A stretch of 45,521 bases of DNA, taken from contig QNXQ01000121.1 in assembly GCA_003978875.1 (NCBI GenBank), forward strand, positions 1 to 45,521, in the 5' to 3' direction. Shown here in pieces: positions 20,824 to 29,348 of the stretch. A program made the position numbers and the translations under genes. The notes under the pieces are model-generated. The model searched no databases, was not told the DNA's origin, and worked only from the letters and a program-made list of their open reading frames with translations. Positions within the stretch are counted from its first letter, which is position 1. Every line of letters begins with the position of its first letter. The stretch is from Aquifex sp. Lineage in GTDB: Bacteria > Aquificota > Aquificia > Aquificales > Aquificaceae.

Positions 20824-21813
20824 TTCCTTTTCCCAGTAATAAAAATCCGGTGAAAATAGTTTTACCCTTTTCTTTTTGAATTCCCTTATTGAAAAGAGAA
20901 CCCTGTAATCCTTAATACCGAGTCTTTCGGAGTTTTCCTTACAAAATTCGTAAACCTCCTCCTTTTTCTTGCCGTGAATCATTGTAAACAGGTTATAAGG
21001 CCAGAACTCATTCGTTGTTCTTTGATAACAATGGGAAACGGCTTTATATCCGGCAAAGAATTTACCAACCTCATCAATTCTTTCTTTGTCTACTCTCCAA
21101 ACCCCCATACCATTTGCCTTAAATCCCATTTTTCTGTGGAAAAGAATGGAGGAAAACCGTCTCAAAACTCCTTTTTTCTTTAAGTTTTTTAAACCTTCAA
21201 GAACTTCCTTTTCAGATACGCCGAGTTTTTCCGAAATTACCTCAAAGGGTTTTTCAACGAGAGGTAAATCTTCCTGGGTTTCCCTTATAAGCGCCTTTTC
21301 AAAATCGGTAATATGTATCTTTTCTTCCCTCTCGGATTTAGGTTCTGGAATATTATCTTCTCTGTCCAACAGAGAATCAAAGTTAAGCCTTACACCGATT
21401 TTAAACGTTTTAACCGTTTTAAGGATTACGTACTCTTTTACATCGTTTCTTTCAGCCATCACTTTTACAAGTTCTTCCAACCCCAAATGTGCATCAGGTG
21501 GAACGGCTAAGGTAAACCAAAGGTTGAATTCATCTTCCCTTTCATAGTTATGACTCACTCCCGGACAAGAGCCTACAAAATTGGCAACTTCTTCAATCCT
21601 TTCTGGAGGAACTTTAAACGCTACAAGGGAACTTTCATATCCTGCCTTTCTTGTATCGTATATGGGAGAAATTTGACGAACTATTTTCTGCTCTTTTAAC
21701 TTTTTTAGTTCCCTTATCACATCCCTTTCGGAAATATTTAATCTATCCGCTATATACTTAAAGGGTCTTTCCGTTAAAGGAATATCCTCCTGGATTATTT
21801 TTAATAACTCCAT
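20794..21813 (-). CDS. nirDL: Fused siroheme decarboxylase NirDL (AhbA/AhbB-like, two Lrp/AsnC-like modules)
   Basis: Two PL..RPF/KPF repeats, GVSHNYER...FNLWFT and VSHCYQR...WPYNLFTMIH. Confidence 0.88.
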   Translation of the reverse strand: MELLKIIQEDIPLTERPFKYIADRLNISERDVIRELKKLKEQKIVRQISPIYDTRKAGYESSLVAFKVPPERIEEVANFVGSCPGVSHNYEREDEFNLWFTLAVPPDAHLGLEELVKVMAERNDVKEYVILKTVKTFKIGVRLNFDSLLDREDNIPEPKSEREEKIHITDFEKALIRETQEDLPLVEKPFEVISEKLGVSEKEVLEGLKNLKKKGVLRRFSSILFHRKMGFKANGMGVWRVDKERIDEVGKFFAGYKAVSHCYQRTTNEFWPYNLFTMIHGKKKEEVYEFCKENSERLGIKDYRVLFSIREFKKKRVKLFSPDFYYWEKELLKPSFSSL

Positions 21814-22564
21814 TAAAGCCTACCCCCTTGAAGGTTTCGTTAAAATTCTTCAAAAGGTTATGAAGCTCTACCACTCTACCCACAACCATTACGGCGGGAG
21901 GATGGACTTCGGGAGGGTTTTCTGCCACTTCGTAAAGGGTGGATAAGATTACTTTTTGTTCTTCAGTCGTTCCCTTTTCTATAAAAGCTACAGGTTCAAA
22001 AGGATTTCTGCTGGCTTCGATGAGTTCTCTTGCTATTCTCTGTCTATTTTTTACACCCATCAACACTACCAGAGTGTCTACATCTTTAAAGGCTTTCCAG
22101 TCCACATATTTGCTTTTTCCTACCATCTCATGGCCTGTTACCACCGCAAAAGAGGAAGATATTCCCCTGAAGGTTAAAGGAATTGACGCGTACTCGGGAA
22201 CAGCGTAAAAGGAGCTAATTCCGGGAATAAGCTCGTAAGGAATACCGTTTTGTTCTAAAAATAGGGCTTCTTCCCCTCCTCTCCCGAATATAAACGGGTC
22301 TCCTCCCTTTAGTCTTACCACCGTTTTGTAGATTTTTGCGTAAAAAAGTAATAGCTTGTTAATCTCCTCTTGTGGAATGGTGTGTTTTCCATCCTCTTTT
22401 CCCACGTAAATGAGTTTGCAACCTGTCTTTCTGAGATTTAGTATTTCGTCGTTTATCAACCTGTCGTAGAGAATCACATCCGCCTCTTTTAGTATCCTGT
22501 AAGCTTTGAGGGTAAGGAGTTCTGGGTCTCCGGGTCCAGCTCCCACAATGTAAACCTTTCCCAT
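21758..22564 (-). CDS. nirE: Uroporphyrinogen-III C-methyltransferase (SUMT) for heme d1
   Basis: VGAGPGDPELLT, VRLKGGDPFIFGRGGEE, PGISS, VTGH; nir context. Confidence 0.9.
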   Translation of the reverse strand: MGKVYIVGAGPGDPELLTLKAYRILKEADVILYDRLINDEILNLRKTGCKLIYVGKEDGKHTIPQEEINKLLLFYAKIYKTVVRLKGGDPFIFGRGGEEALFLEQNGIPYELIPGISSFYAVPEYASIPLTFRGISSSFAVVTGHEMVGKSKYVDWKAFKDVDTLVVLMGVKNRQRIARELIEASRNPFEPVAFIEKGTTEEQKVILSTLYEVAENPPEVHPPAVMVVGRVVELHNLLKNFNETFKGVGFNGVIKNNPGGYSFNGKTL

Positions 22565-22600
22565 AACTACTTACCTCCTGCAAACAGTTGGCGTTTTTGA

Positions 22601-22628
22601 TTGCAAAGTTTATCAAAAGTGTTAAAAT
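22601..22628 (+). promoter_or_regulatory. Putative antisense promoter for candidate ncRNA
   Basis: TTGCAA 22601-22606, 16 bp, TAAAAT 22623-22628 with extended -10 TG at 22620-22621. Confidence 0.5.
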
Positions 22629-22635
22629 AATATAC

Positions 22636-22815
22636 AGAAGGTCTTGACAGAGACCTCAGCCCCGCGGAGTTAGACTTTGGATTTAGCCCGAAGAAGCCCG
22701 AAATGGGTGGAGGGTACAAAGGTATCTCCCGAGTTCCCGCTTCTTGCGGGAATAGGGAGTAGTAGTTCCTACCCCTTGTGTAGGGGTAGCGAAGGACACC
22801 TCGTGGGAAGGTGTG
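22636..22815 (+). ncRNA. Candidate unknown structured RNA, antisense within nir operon
   Basis: ~55% GC (94/170 counted over 22641-22810) between AT-rich flanks; about six consecutive hairpins; G-U pairs favour the + strand; upstream promoter. Confidence 0.55.
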
Positions 22816-22835
22816 AGTATTGTTTATAATTGACA

Positions 22836-23903
22836 TCATCTGCTTGCCTCCCACGGGTGTCCATAAATAAACACACCCGAAGGTGTGGGTACTTTGAATT
22901 CTTTCAATACCTTAAGGTCGGGAACGGATACTTTTTTTACTTTGTTCTCAAAATACGAGGACACGTAAATAAACTTTCCGTCAGAGGTAAAGCGGTAATG
23001 GAGTATTCTCTTTCCTAAAGGTTTTGTGTTTAATACCTTTTCACTTTCTAAATCCACTATAGTCAGGAAATCCTCTGAATCTCCGCTATAATTAACGGCC
23101 AAGTATCTACCGTCCGGAGATACCTGAACAAATACAGGCAGCCCTTTTACTTCTATGCTTCTCAAATAAGACATATTTTCAATGTCAACTACGTGAATCT
23201 TTCTTTCTCCAACCGCAGGTATGTAGGCGATTTTTCCCTTGATTCCCCAAAACCCGAAGTGAGGTATTTTAAAGACAACTTCTCCTTTTCCTTTTCTTTT
23301 AAATATTACTTTTTTATAAGTGAGACTTTTAAGGTCAATTATTCCTACACCGGATTCCCTGAAAAAACCAACTATATACTTATCTTTGTAAAGAAGGGCA
23401 TCGAAAGGCATCCTTCCTACATTGAGTTCTTTAATCAGATTTCCTTTCTCACAGTCCCTTATTTCTATCTTTTTCTTGTCCATCAGAGCGTATATAAAAA
23501 CTTCCCCATTTGACTTTATTCCAACATTTCTCGATTCAGTATTTATTTCCCTTAGAACATCTAAATTCTCATTTACAAGCACTACATTTTTAGGAGCATA
23601 GTTGGCTATAAGGATTTTGTTGTTGCAAAAGTTTATACCTATCGTACTGCTGCCGACTTTTACTTTTTTAAGGAGAACTTCCCTTTCAGGGTCTATCTTT
23701 GACAGGTATCCGTCCCTGCTTATCAGATATGCATATCCCTTAAAGAACTTAAGTGTTGCATGGTTAAGATTTCCCAGATTTTCAATCTCTTTTTTAACCT
23801 TATCCTTATCTATGACCGCAAGCTTTCCTGTTTCCCTTTCAACTACAAAAACCTTTCCAAAAGAAACACTTATGAAAATCAGGAGTACTACTAAAGATAA
23901 CAT
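22836..23903 (-). CDS. nirF: Heme d1 biosynthesis periplasmic beta-propeller protein NirF
   Basis: VVERETG, HATLKF, ISRDG, SRNVG, PFDAL, KIPHFGFW, PSGVF. Confidence 0.88.
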   Translation of the reverse strand: MLSLVVLLIFISVSFGKVFVVERETGKLAVIDKDKVKKEIENLGNLNHATLKFFKGYAYLISRDGYLSKIDPEREVLLKKVKVGSSTIGINFCNNKILIANYAPKNVVLVNENLDVLREINTESRNVGIKSNGEVFIYALMDKKKIEIRDCEKGNLIKELNVGRMPFDALLYKDKYIVGFFRESGVGIIDLKSLTYKKVIFKRKGKGEVVFKIPHFGFWGIKGKIAYIPAVGERKIHVVDIENMSYLRSIEVKGLPVFVQVSPDGRYLAVNYSGDSEDFLTIVDLESEKVLNTKPLGKRILHYRFTSDGKFIYVSSYFENKVKKVSVPDLKVLKEFKVPTPSGVFIYGHPWEASR

Positions 23904-24979
23904 AGCGGGTCCTCCGCAAAGTAATCCCCGAAGGCGTAATAAGCGCGCGCTCTGGAATTTCCGTTACATATTTCTAGGAATTCACAACTTTTGCATCTTC
24001 CGTTTATTTTTCGAGGATATTCCCTAAGTCTCGAAAGTATACCGTTTGAGTTCCAAATTTCCGTAAATCCTTTCTCTCTCAAGTTTCCCAATGAATGGAA
24101 AAAGAATGGGTCTGGCTTTACATTTCCTTTGTAATCTATATTCACTAATCTTACTCCTGCACTGTTTCCTCCCCAATTCTTGAGGGATTTGTAAAGAACA
24201 TCTGCCCTTTCGGGATATCTCTGTTTAAATTTCCTGTAGAGAATCACAGCATCGGCTTCGTTGTTTCCCGTAACAATCTCTATACCCTTTTTCTCTTCCA
24301 CATACTCGAAGGCCTTATCTACAATCAGTTCAACTATTTTCCTGTAGTTTTCTTTCTCAACAGGACTTAGCTTTTGGCCTCTTCCTGCGAAAACCAAGTG
24401 AGATATGTAAAGTTTCGGTACTTTTAGCTCTTCGGCTAAGGAAAAAATGAACTTAAGGGATTTAGCAGTCTTTTGGGTAAGTGTGTACCTAAGCCCTACC
24501 TTAATTCCTTTAGAAATACAAAGTTTTATAGCGTCAAGAGACCTATTGAATGCTCCCCTTTTTCCTCTGAAAAGGTCATGAACCTCTGGAGTTCCGTCTA
24601 TACTTATACCTACGTAGTCAAAGCTTTCCTTTATCCTATCTATATTGCTTTCATCTATGAGAATTCCATTTGTAGAAAGATAGGTCTTTATCCCTTTTTT
24701 CCTCAAAATTTGTGAAATTTCGTATATATCTTCCCTCAGCAGCGGTTCTCCACCCGAGAGTATGGCAAATTTAACGTTATTTTTTACAAGCTCCTCGGAA
24801 ATACCTTCAATCTCATTTATAGAAAGCTCTTGAGATTTATCCTGATTAGCCCAAGAGTAGCAGTGTTTACAGTACAGATTGCACCTGTTGGTTAAGTTCC
24901 ATATAAGGATTACACCGCGGAGTGGTTCTATTACCTTTCCTTCAAGAGAGCTCCTTATATACTGTGTTAACCTAAGCAT
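23891..24979 (-). CDS. nirJ: Heme d1 biosynthesis radical SAM/SPASM protein
   Basis: IWNLTNRCNLYCKHCY, SGGEPLL, YISHL, WGGNSAG, CKSC...CNGNSRARA...DPLCY. Confidence 0.92.
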   Translation of the reverse strand: MLRLTQYIRSSLEGKVIEPLRGVILIWNLTNRCNLYCKHCYSWANQDKSQELSINEIEGISEELVKNNVKFAILSGGEPLLREDIYEISQILRKKGIKTYLSTNGILIDESNIDRIKESFDYVGISIDGTPEVHDLFRGKRGAFNRSLDAIKLCISKGIKVGLRYTLTQKTAKSLKFIFSLAEELKVPKLYISHLVFAGRGQKLSPVEKENYRKIVELIVDKAFEYVEEKKGIEIVTGNNEADAVILYRKFKQRYPERADVLYKSLKNWGGNSAGVRLVNIDYKGNVKPDPFFFHSLGNLREKGFTEIWNSNGILSRLREYPRKINGRCKSCEFLEICNGNSRARAYYAFGDYFAEDPLCYL

Positions 24980-24982
24980 CTT

Positions 24983-25462
24983 TTACCACTCCGCTTTTAC
25001 TTGACATATTCCTTCTCCCATAGCGTTGCACTTTATCTCCGAAACCCTTATTCTTCTTCCGAAAAATTCTTCCAGAACGCCTCCTATGAAACCCGCTTCA
25101 AAATGGCATACCCTCCTCCCTATATTCGGCATCCCTGCACAGGTTATACATTCATCGAGAGAAACTATTAGCTCTTTCTCCCCTAAATGTTCGGGAAGTA
25201 AAATGCCTATCTTCTCGTTTTTTACGAAGTATGCAATGTCATCCAAGAAGCTTTCAAGACCTCCCTTTTCAAAATTCTTAGCTACGGCTTTCCCGAGCTC
25301 CCTTCCCGCATTTTGAAGTAATGCCAGTGTTCCTTTGTTTCCCAACGTTTCCTCGAGATACATTTCTGTAAACAGTCTGAAAGCCCTAAATATTACTACT
25401 GGAACACTATCTCCAAGTATTGGTCTGTTTACTTTAGAAATTTGCTCAATCAATCCATCCAT
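24983..25462 (-). CDS. Stand-alone V4R-domain protein
   Basis: AGRELG, ECITC, CHFEAGFIGG, EIKCNAMGEGIC. Confidence 0.85.
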   Translation of the reverse strand: MDGLIEQISKVNRPILGDSVPVVIFRAFRLFTEMYLEETLGNKGTLALLQNAGRELGKAVAKNFEKGGLESFLDDIAYFVKNEKIGILLPEHLGEKELIVSLDECITCAGMPNIGRRVCHFEAGFIGGVLEEFFGRRIRVSEIKCNAMGEGICQVKAEW

Positions 25463-27110
25463 CCCTTAGAACCTCCAAAAAGTTTTTTATTGCTCCAAAT
25501 TCATATATGGAAAGTTTTATTTTTGGCATTGCATTTTCCTTATAACCGAGGAGTTTATAAGTTTTTTCCGGGTCTGCGATTTGGGAAAGGATTAAACCCA
25601 TATCTCTGTTTTGGGCTACCCACTTAAGGGGCGGGCCGAAAGCTTCCTGCGTTAAATGATGGCATCCCCAACATTTTTCCATATAAACTTCGTATCCAAG
25701 AAAGGCTGGATAAAATTTCCTAGTTTTCAACAAAATGTTGTACTTCCCGACGGGATGCTTCAAAGGATATTTTTTAATTTCTTTCAAAGTAAAGGCATCC
25801 ACAATTTTCAAACCTTCACCGAGAATGCTCAAATACGCTAACTTTCCATCCCCTGAAAACTCAACGTGAGAAAAATTTCCCTTTTCCGTAACTTTAACTT
25901 TTGAAGTCTCGTAGGTTTTTTTGTTAATTAGAAGTGCATAGGGCTTTAATGTATCTAACCATAAGTGAAAATTTTTAAAGTGTGTCCTTACAAAGAATCC
26001 CTTTTCCCGCGTAGAAATTGTCTTCACGAGTTTCCAATCGTAAAGTCTCCAGATACTGACCTTTCCACTTATGTGTCTTGCAACAAAATAAAATTTTCCA
26101 TTTTTGTACAAAAAACTCACGGCAAATAGGTGTGGCATGCTCTCTAAATCAGCTTCGAATACTTTTTTGAAATCCTTCAGCCTATAAACAAATAACTTGT
26201 TTTCTTTTCTTGAACTTCCTATTACATACTCTTCAAAGGGGTCAATAAAAAAGTCTTCCAAAGGAGTTGAAATTTTATAGCTTTTTATTTTCCCTTCTTT
26301 CAGAATGCTTAATTTAGGAATATCCCTGTAGGCAATTATTACCGAATTGTATTTCGATAACTGATAGACCGCACTTATTCTACCTTCAACTTTTATTTGT
26401 TTTAAAGGTTTTAAATCTTTATCCAGAATTACAATACTTTTAGGAAGTACACAGCCCGCGATAACTTTTTCTTCATCGGGTGAAATTGTTATGTTCCTGA
26501 GGTATACACACGCTCTTACTTTTGAAATGGGTCTTTTTTCCTTGTAATCGTATGAGATAATCCACCCGTCTCTTGCAGGAATGTAAAACCTTGAATTCTT
26601 TAAAGAAAACTTTACACCACCGTGAACATTTTTAAATTCAAACTTATCAAGGAGGCGTTTTCCCTCAAAGAGGTATATTTCTCCTTTTTTATCAACCGCT
26701 ACTGTTAAGTTTTTTAAATTTCTTATTTCATAATCCTTAGGTTTTGTTTTTAAAATGATGTAGTTTTTTTCAATTTCCTTTAATGAAAATTCTATGTCTT
26801 TTGCGGGAGTTCTGAGATAATTTATAAGGTGTTCTAGCTGAGCATCGGAAAAAAAAGTAAAAGAAGGCTTTTGGGAGGCGGGCAAGCCTTCCTTTATAAT
26901 CCTCTTTAATTCTCTATCACTTTTCTTCCTTAAAAACTCGGGAATTAAAGGAGGTGCAGTTTTCCCTATTCTATTTTCTCCATGACAAGATGAACAGTAT
27001 TTTTTATAGAGCTCTTCACCCGATAAAGCGTAAGAAAAAAGGGAGAAAAAAAGGAAGAGGGGTAGTGCAATGAGGGAAGGCTTGAAGAAATGCGTATATA
27101 TTCCCATCAT
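25446..27110 (-). CDS. nirN: NirN-like dihydro-heme d1 dehydrogenase: cyt c + d1 propeller + extra C-terminal cyt c
   Basis: Signal peptide, CSSCHGENRIGKTAPPL, VHGGVKF, RDGW, FFVRTH, HVEF, PVGKYN, then CWGCH...AMP; start ATG 27110 overlaps the nirS stop. Confidence 0.85.
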   Translation of the reverse strand: MMGIYTHFFKPSLIALPLFLFFSLFSYALSGEELYKKYCSSCHGENRIGKTAPPLIPEFLRKKSDRELKRIIKEGLPASQKPSFTFFSDAQLEHLINYLRTPAKDIEFSLKEIEKNYIILKTKPKDYEIRNLKNLTVAVDKKGEIYLFEGKRLLDKFEFKNVHGGVKFSLKNSRFYIPARDGWIISYDYKEKRPISKVRACVYLRNITISPDEEKVIAGCVLPKSIVILDKDLKPLKQIKVEGRISAVYQLSKYNSVIIAYRDIPKLSILKEGKIKSYKISTPLEDFFIDPFEEYVIGSSRKENKLFVYRLKDFKKVFEADLESMPHLFAVSFLYKNGKFYFVARHISGKVSIWRLYDWKLVKTISTREKGFFVRTHFKNFHLWLDTLKPYALLINKKTYETSKVKVTEKGNFSHVEFSGDGKLAYLSILGEGLKIVDAFTLKEIKKYPLKHPVGKYNILLKTRKFYPAFLGYEVYMEKCWGCHHLTQEAFGPPLKWVAQNRDMGLILSQIADPEKTYKLLGYKENAMPKIKLSIYEFGAIKNFLEVLRDGWID

Positions 27111-28759
27111 TAATAGATGTCTCTTGTGGTTGTATAAACGTTGAATATTCCGGTAGGTGTTCTTACCCAATCTCCGGTAATTACCTTCTTTAGTTTCATT
27201 GTTATGTCATCGTAAACTGCTATTACCGTAGGTTGGTCTTTCTTACCCCACACGGATATCCATACTTCTTTTCCGTACATATCGAACTCTGGGTGAACTA
27301 TACGTGCACCTTTTGGCATTTCATATCCGGCTTTTTTCAGGTCTTCTATAACGTTTATAGTCTTAACTACCTTTAAGGTTTTTTTGTCTATTACGTAAAC
27401 TTCTTGTTTTAGCTTATTATCGGGATTTAGGGGTCTGTCCACCCAAATGTGTTTTGATTTGGGATGTGTTTTTATAAAGAGTGTTCCTCCTCCTGGTCCC
27501 GGAAGTTCAATGTTTGCAACAACTTTCCAAGCATACTTAGGATGTTTCTTAGGGTCAGTTCCGATGCATGCAACGTTGTTAGAACCTATATGACCTGTAC
27601 ACCATATAGGTCCGTATTTTGGATGGTTTATATTCGCTCCTCTACCGGGGTGAGGTTTTACACCTGTTTCTACCTTCGCTACTAATTTTTTCTTCTTTAC
27701 ATCAACTGCAACTACTTTATTTCTCATATTAGCTGCAACGAGGAAGTACCTTTTCGATAAATCCCATCCACCGTCGTGGAGGAACCTTTCCGCTTCAATC
27801 ATGTTCACTTTGACATCGGGTAGTTTTGAGTAATCTACAATCCATACGTGTCCCGTTTCTTTTACGGAAACTACCCAAGCGGGGTCATAGTGAGATGCAA
27901 CTATTGAAGCTACCCTTGCTTCTCTTACAAATTCTTCAGTATCATAGGTGTAACTGCTAGTTGATACGATTTTTAAAGGTTTTAATGTCTGGCCATCGAG
28001 TATTACAAAGCTAGGTGGCCAATAACATCCAACTATTGCCAATTTATCCATAAAGTTTCCTTTCTTTCCTCTATATTTACTGGTATCTATAGAACGTGCA
28101 TCGTAGCATACCTTTACTTCCGCTACCTTGTCAGGCTTTTTCATCCACAAATCTATCAGAGTTGCTTTTCCGTCCCTTCCTATTGTAAGGAAGTACCTTC
28201 CAGTTCCTGAAGAACGGAATATGTGAACAGCAAATCCCGTATCTACTATACTGACGAGTTCTTTAGTATCTCCGTCTATAATAGCTACCTTACCTACGTC
28301 TCTCAGGATTACACCCATGAAGTTTTTCCAGTTTCTGCCGTGCTGCGGTTTTTTAGGTCTTTTTTCTGGAGGTACGTATACATGCCAAGTTTTTAGCATG
28401 TCCTTCAAAGACATTTCAGGTGGAGGAGGTGGCTCATGCAATAAGAACTTAGCAATTAAGTCAATTTCTTCTTTGGATAGAACACCTTGTTTACCCCAGT
28501 CAGGCATTCCTCCCGGAGTTCCGTTATAGACTATCCATTTGATATAATCGGTTCCCCTTTGCCTCATTATTTCGGGTTTGAGCGGTGGTCCGGTAGCCCC
28601 TCCTCTTAGCATACCGTGACATCCTGCACATCTGTCAAAGTACAGTTGTGCCGCCTTTTTCATTTCCTCAGGGCTTAGTTTAGGGACTCCATCGGCAGCC
28701 TTTGTAACACCTGCCCCCACAACAAGCCCACTCAAAAGGAGCGGAGCAACCTTCTTCAT
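27110..28759 (-). CDS. nirS: Cytochrome cd1 nitrite reductase
   Basis: YFDRCAGCHG, GTPGGMP, GFAVHI, CYWPP, VKETG, LHDGG, PHPGRGAN, FIKTHP, PTGIFNV; SD GGAGGG before ATG 28759. Confidence 0.98.
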   Translation of the reverse strand: MKKVAPLLLSGLVVGAGVTKAADGVPKLSPEEMKKAAQLYFDRCAGCHGMLRGGATGPPLKPEIMRQRGTDYIKWIVYNGTPGGMPDWGKQGVLSKEEIDLIAKFLLHEPPPPPEMSLKDMLKTWHVYVPPEKRPKKPQHGRNWKNFMGVILRDVGKVAIIDGDTKELVSIVDTGFAVHIFRSSGTGRYFLTIGRDGKATLIDLWMKKPDKVAEVKVCYDARSIDTSKYRGKKGNFMDKLAIVGCYWPPSFVILDGQTLKPLKIVSTSSYTYDTEEFVREARVASIVASHYDPAWVVSVKETGHVWIVDYSKLPDVKVNMIEAERFLHDGGWDLSKRYFLVAANMRNKVVAVDVKKKKLVAKVETGVKPHPGRGANINHPKYGPIWCTGHIGSNNVACIGTDPKKHPKYAWKVVANIELPGPGGGTLFIKTHPKSKHIWVDRPLNPDNKLKQEVYVIDKKTLKVVKTINVIEDLKKAGYEMPKGARIVHPEFDMYGKEVWISVWGKKDQPTVIAVYDDITMKLKKVITGDWVRTPTGIFNVYTTTRDIY

Positions 28760-28778
28760 AACAAAGCCCTCCACTTTA

Positions 28779-28826
28779 TGACATTCGTCAGTAAATAAAT
28801 ATATACTTTCTTATGATTTTAGTCAA
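28779..28826 (-). promoter_or_regulatory. nirS sigma70 promoter overlapped by shared operator
   Basis: Minus strand TTGACT (28826-28821), 17 bp, TATATT (28803-28798); operator 28791-28810; TGA-N6-TCA at 28779-28790 and 28814-28825. Confidence 0.6.
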
Positions 28827-28883
28827 TAATAAAATGATGAAAATATCATAAAATGAAAGGGATAAAAGAAAAAGCGGAGGAAA

Positions 28884-29321
28884 CTAGCCTTGGCTTGCAG
28901 GATAGAGATGCTTTTCCTCCACACCCATTAGTTCCAGTATCGAAGTGTTTTTGAAAAAGTTAACTATTGAAGCCTTTAACTCTTCCCATTTGTGATGAAC
29001 CACACAAGGATTTGTTGAAAATTCACTACATTTGTGAGGCATTAAAATACACATCTCGTATTTATAGTCTTCACCGAAGACCTTTATAACATCCCATATG
29101 GTGATATCCTCAGGATTTTTAGTAAGGGTGAAACCTCCTCTTGGCCCCTTTACGGAGTGAACCAATCCCCTTTTTGAAAGCTCGTGCATTACCTTCGCTA
29201 AAAATGGTCTTGGAATGTTATGGGTTTTGGCTATTTCCTCCACTTTTACTAACCTATCCCTATTCAAAGCTAAGTAAGCCAATGCTATAAGAGCATACCT
29301 TACTGTGTCAGAGAATATCAT
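28884..29321 (-). CDS. Rrf2-family Fe-S transcriptional regulator
   Basis: RYAL, wHTH with SVKGPRGGF, C-x6-C-x7-C-x2-H. Confidence 0.92.
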   Translation of the reverse strand: MIFSDTVRYALIALAYLALNRDRLVKVEEIAKTHNIPRPFLAKVMHELSKRGLVHSVKGPRGGFTLTKNPEDITIWDVIKVFGEDYKYEMCILMPHKCSEFSTNPCVVHHKWEELKASIVNFFKNTSILELMGVEEKHLYPASQG

Positions 29322-29348
29322 AATAATATAATATTAGTCAAAAAATTT

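Noticed and set aside
21758-21830. 56-nt nirE/nirDL overlap as programmed recoding
   Set aside because: A one-base change in the G5 SD run would end nirE at or before the nirDL start; more likely stop drift or a homopolymer error, and no stimulatory signal was seen
22636-22815. Identification of the candidate RNA as a cobalamin/Moco riboswitch, RNase P, 6S, CRISPR array or group II intron
   Set aside because: Required conserved motifs are absent or out of order; no direct repeats; no gene downstream on the strand favoured by G-U pairs
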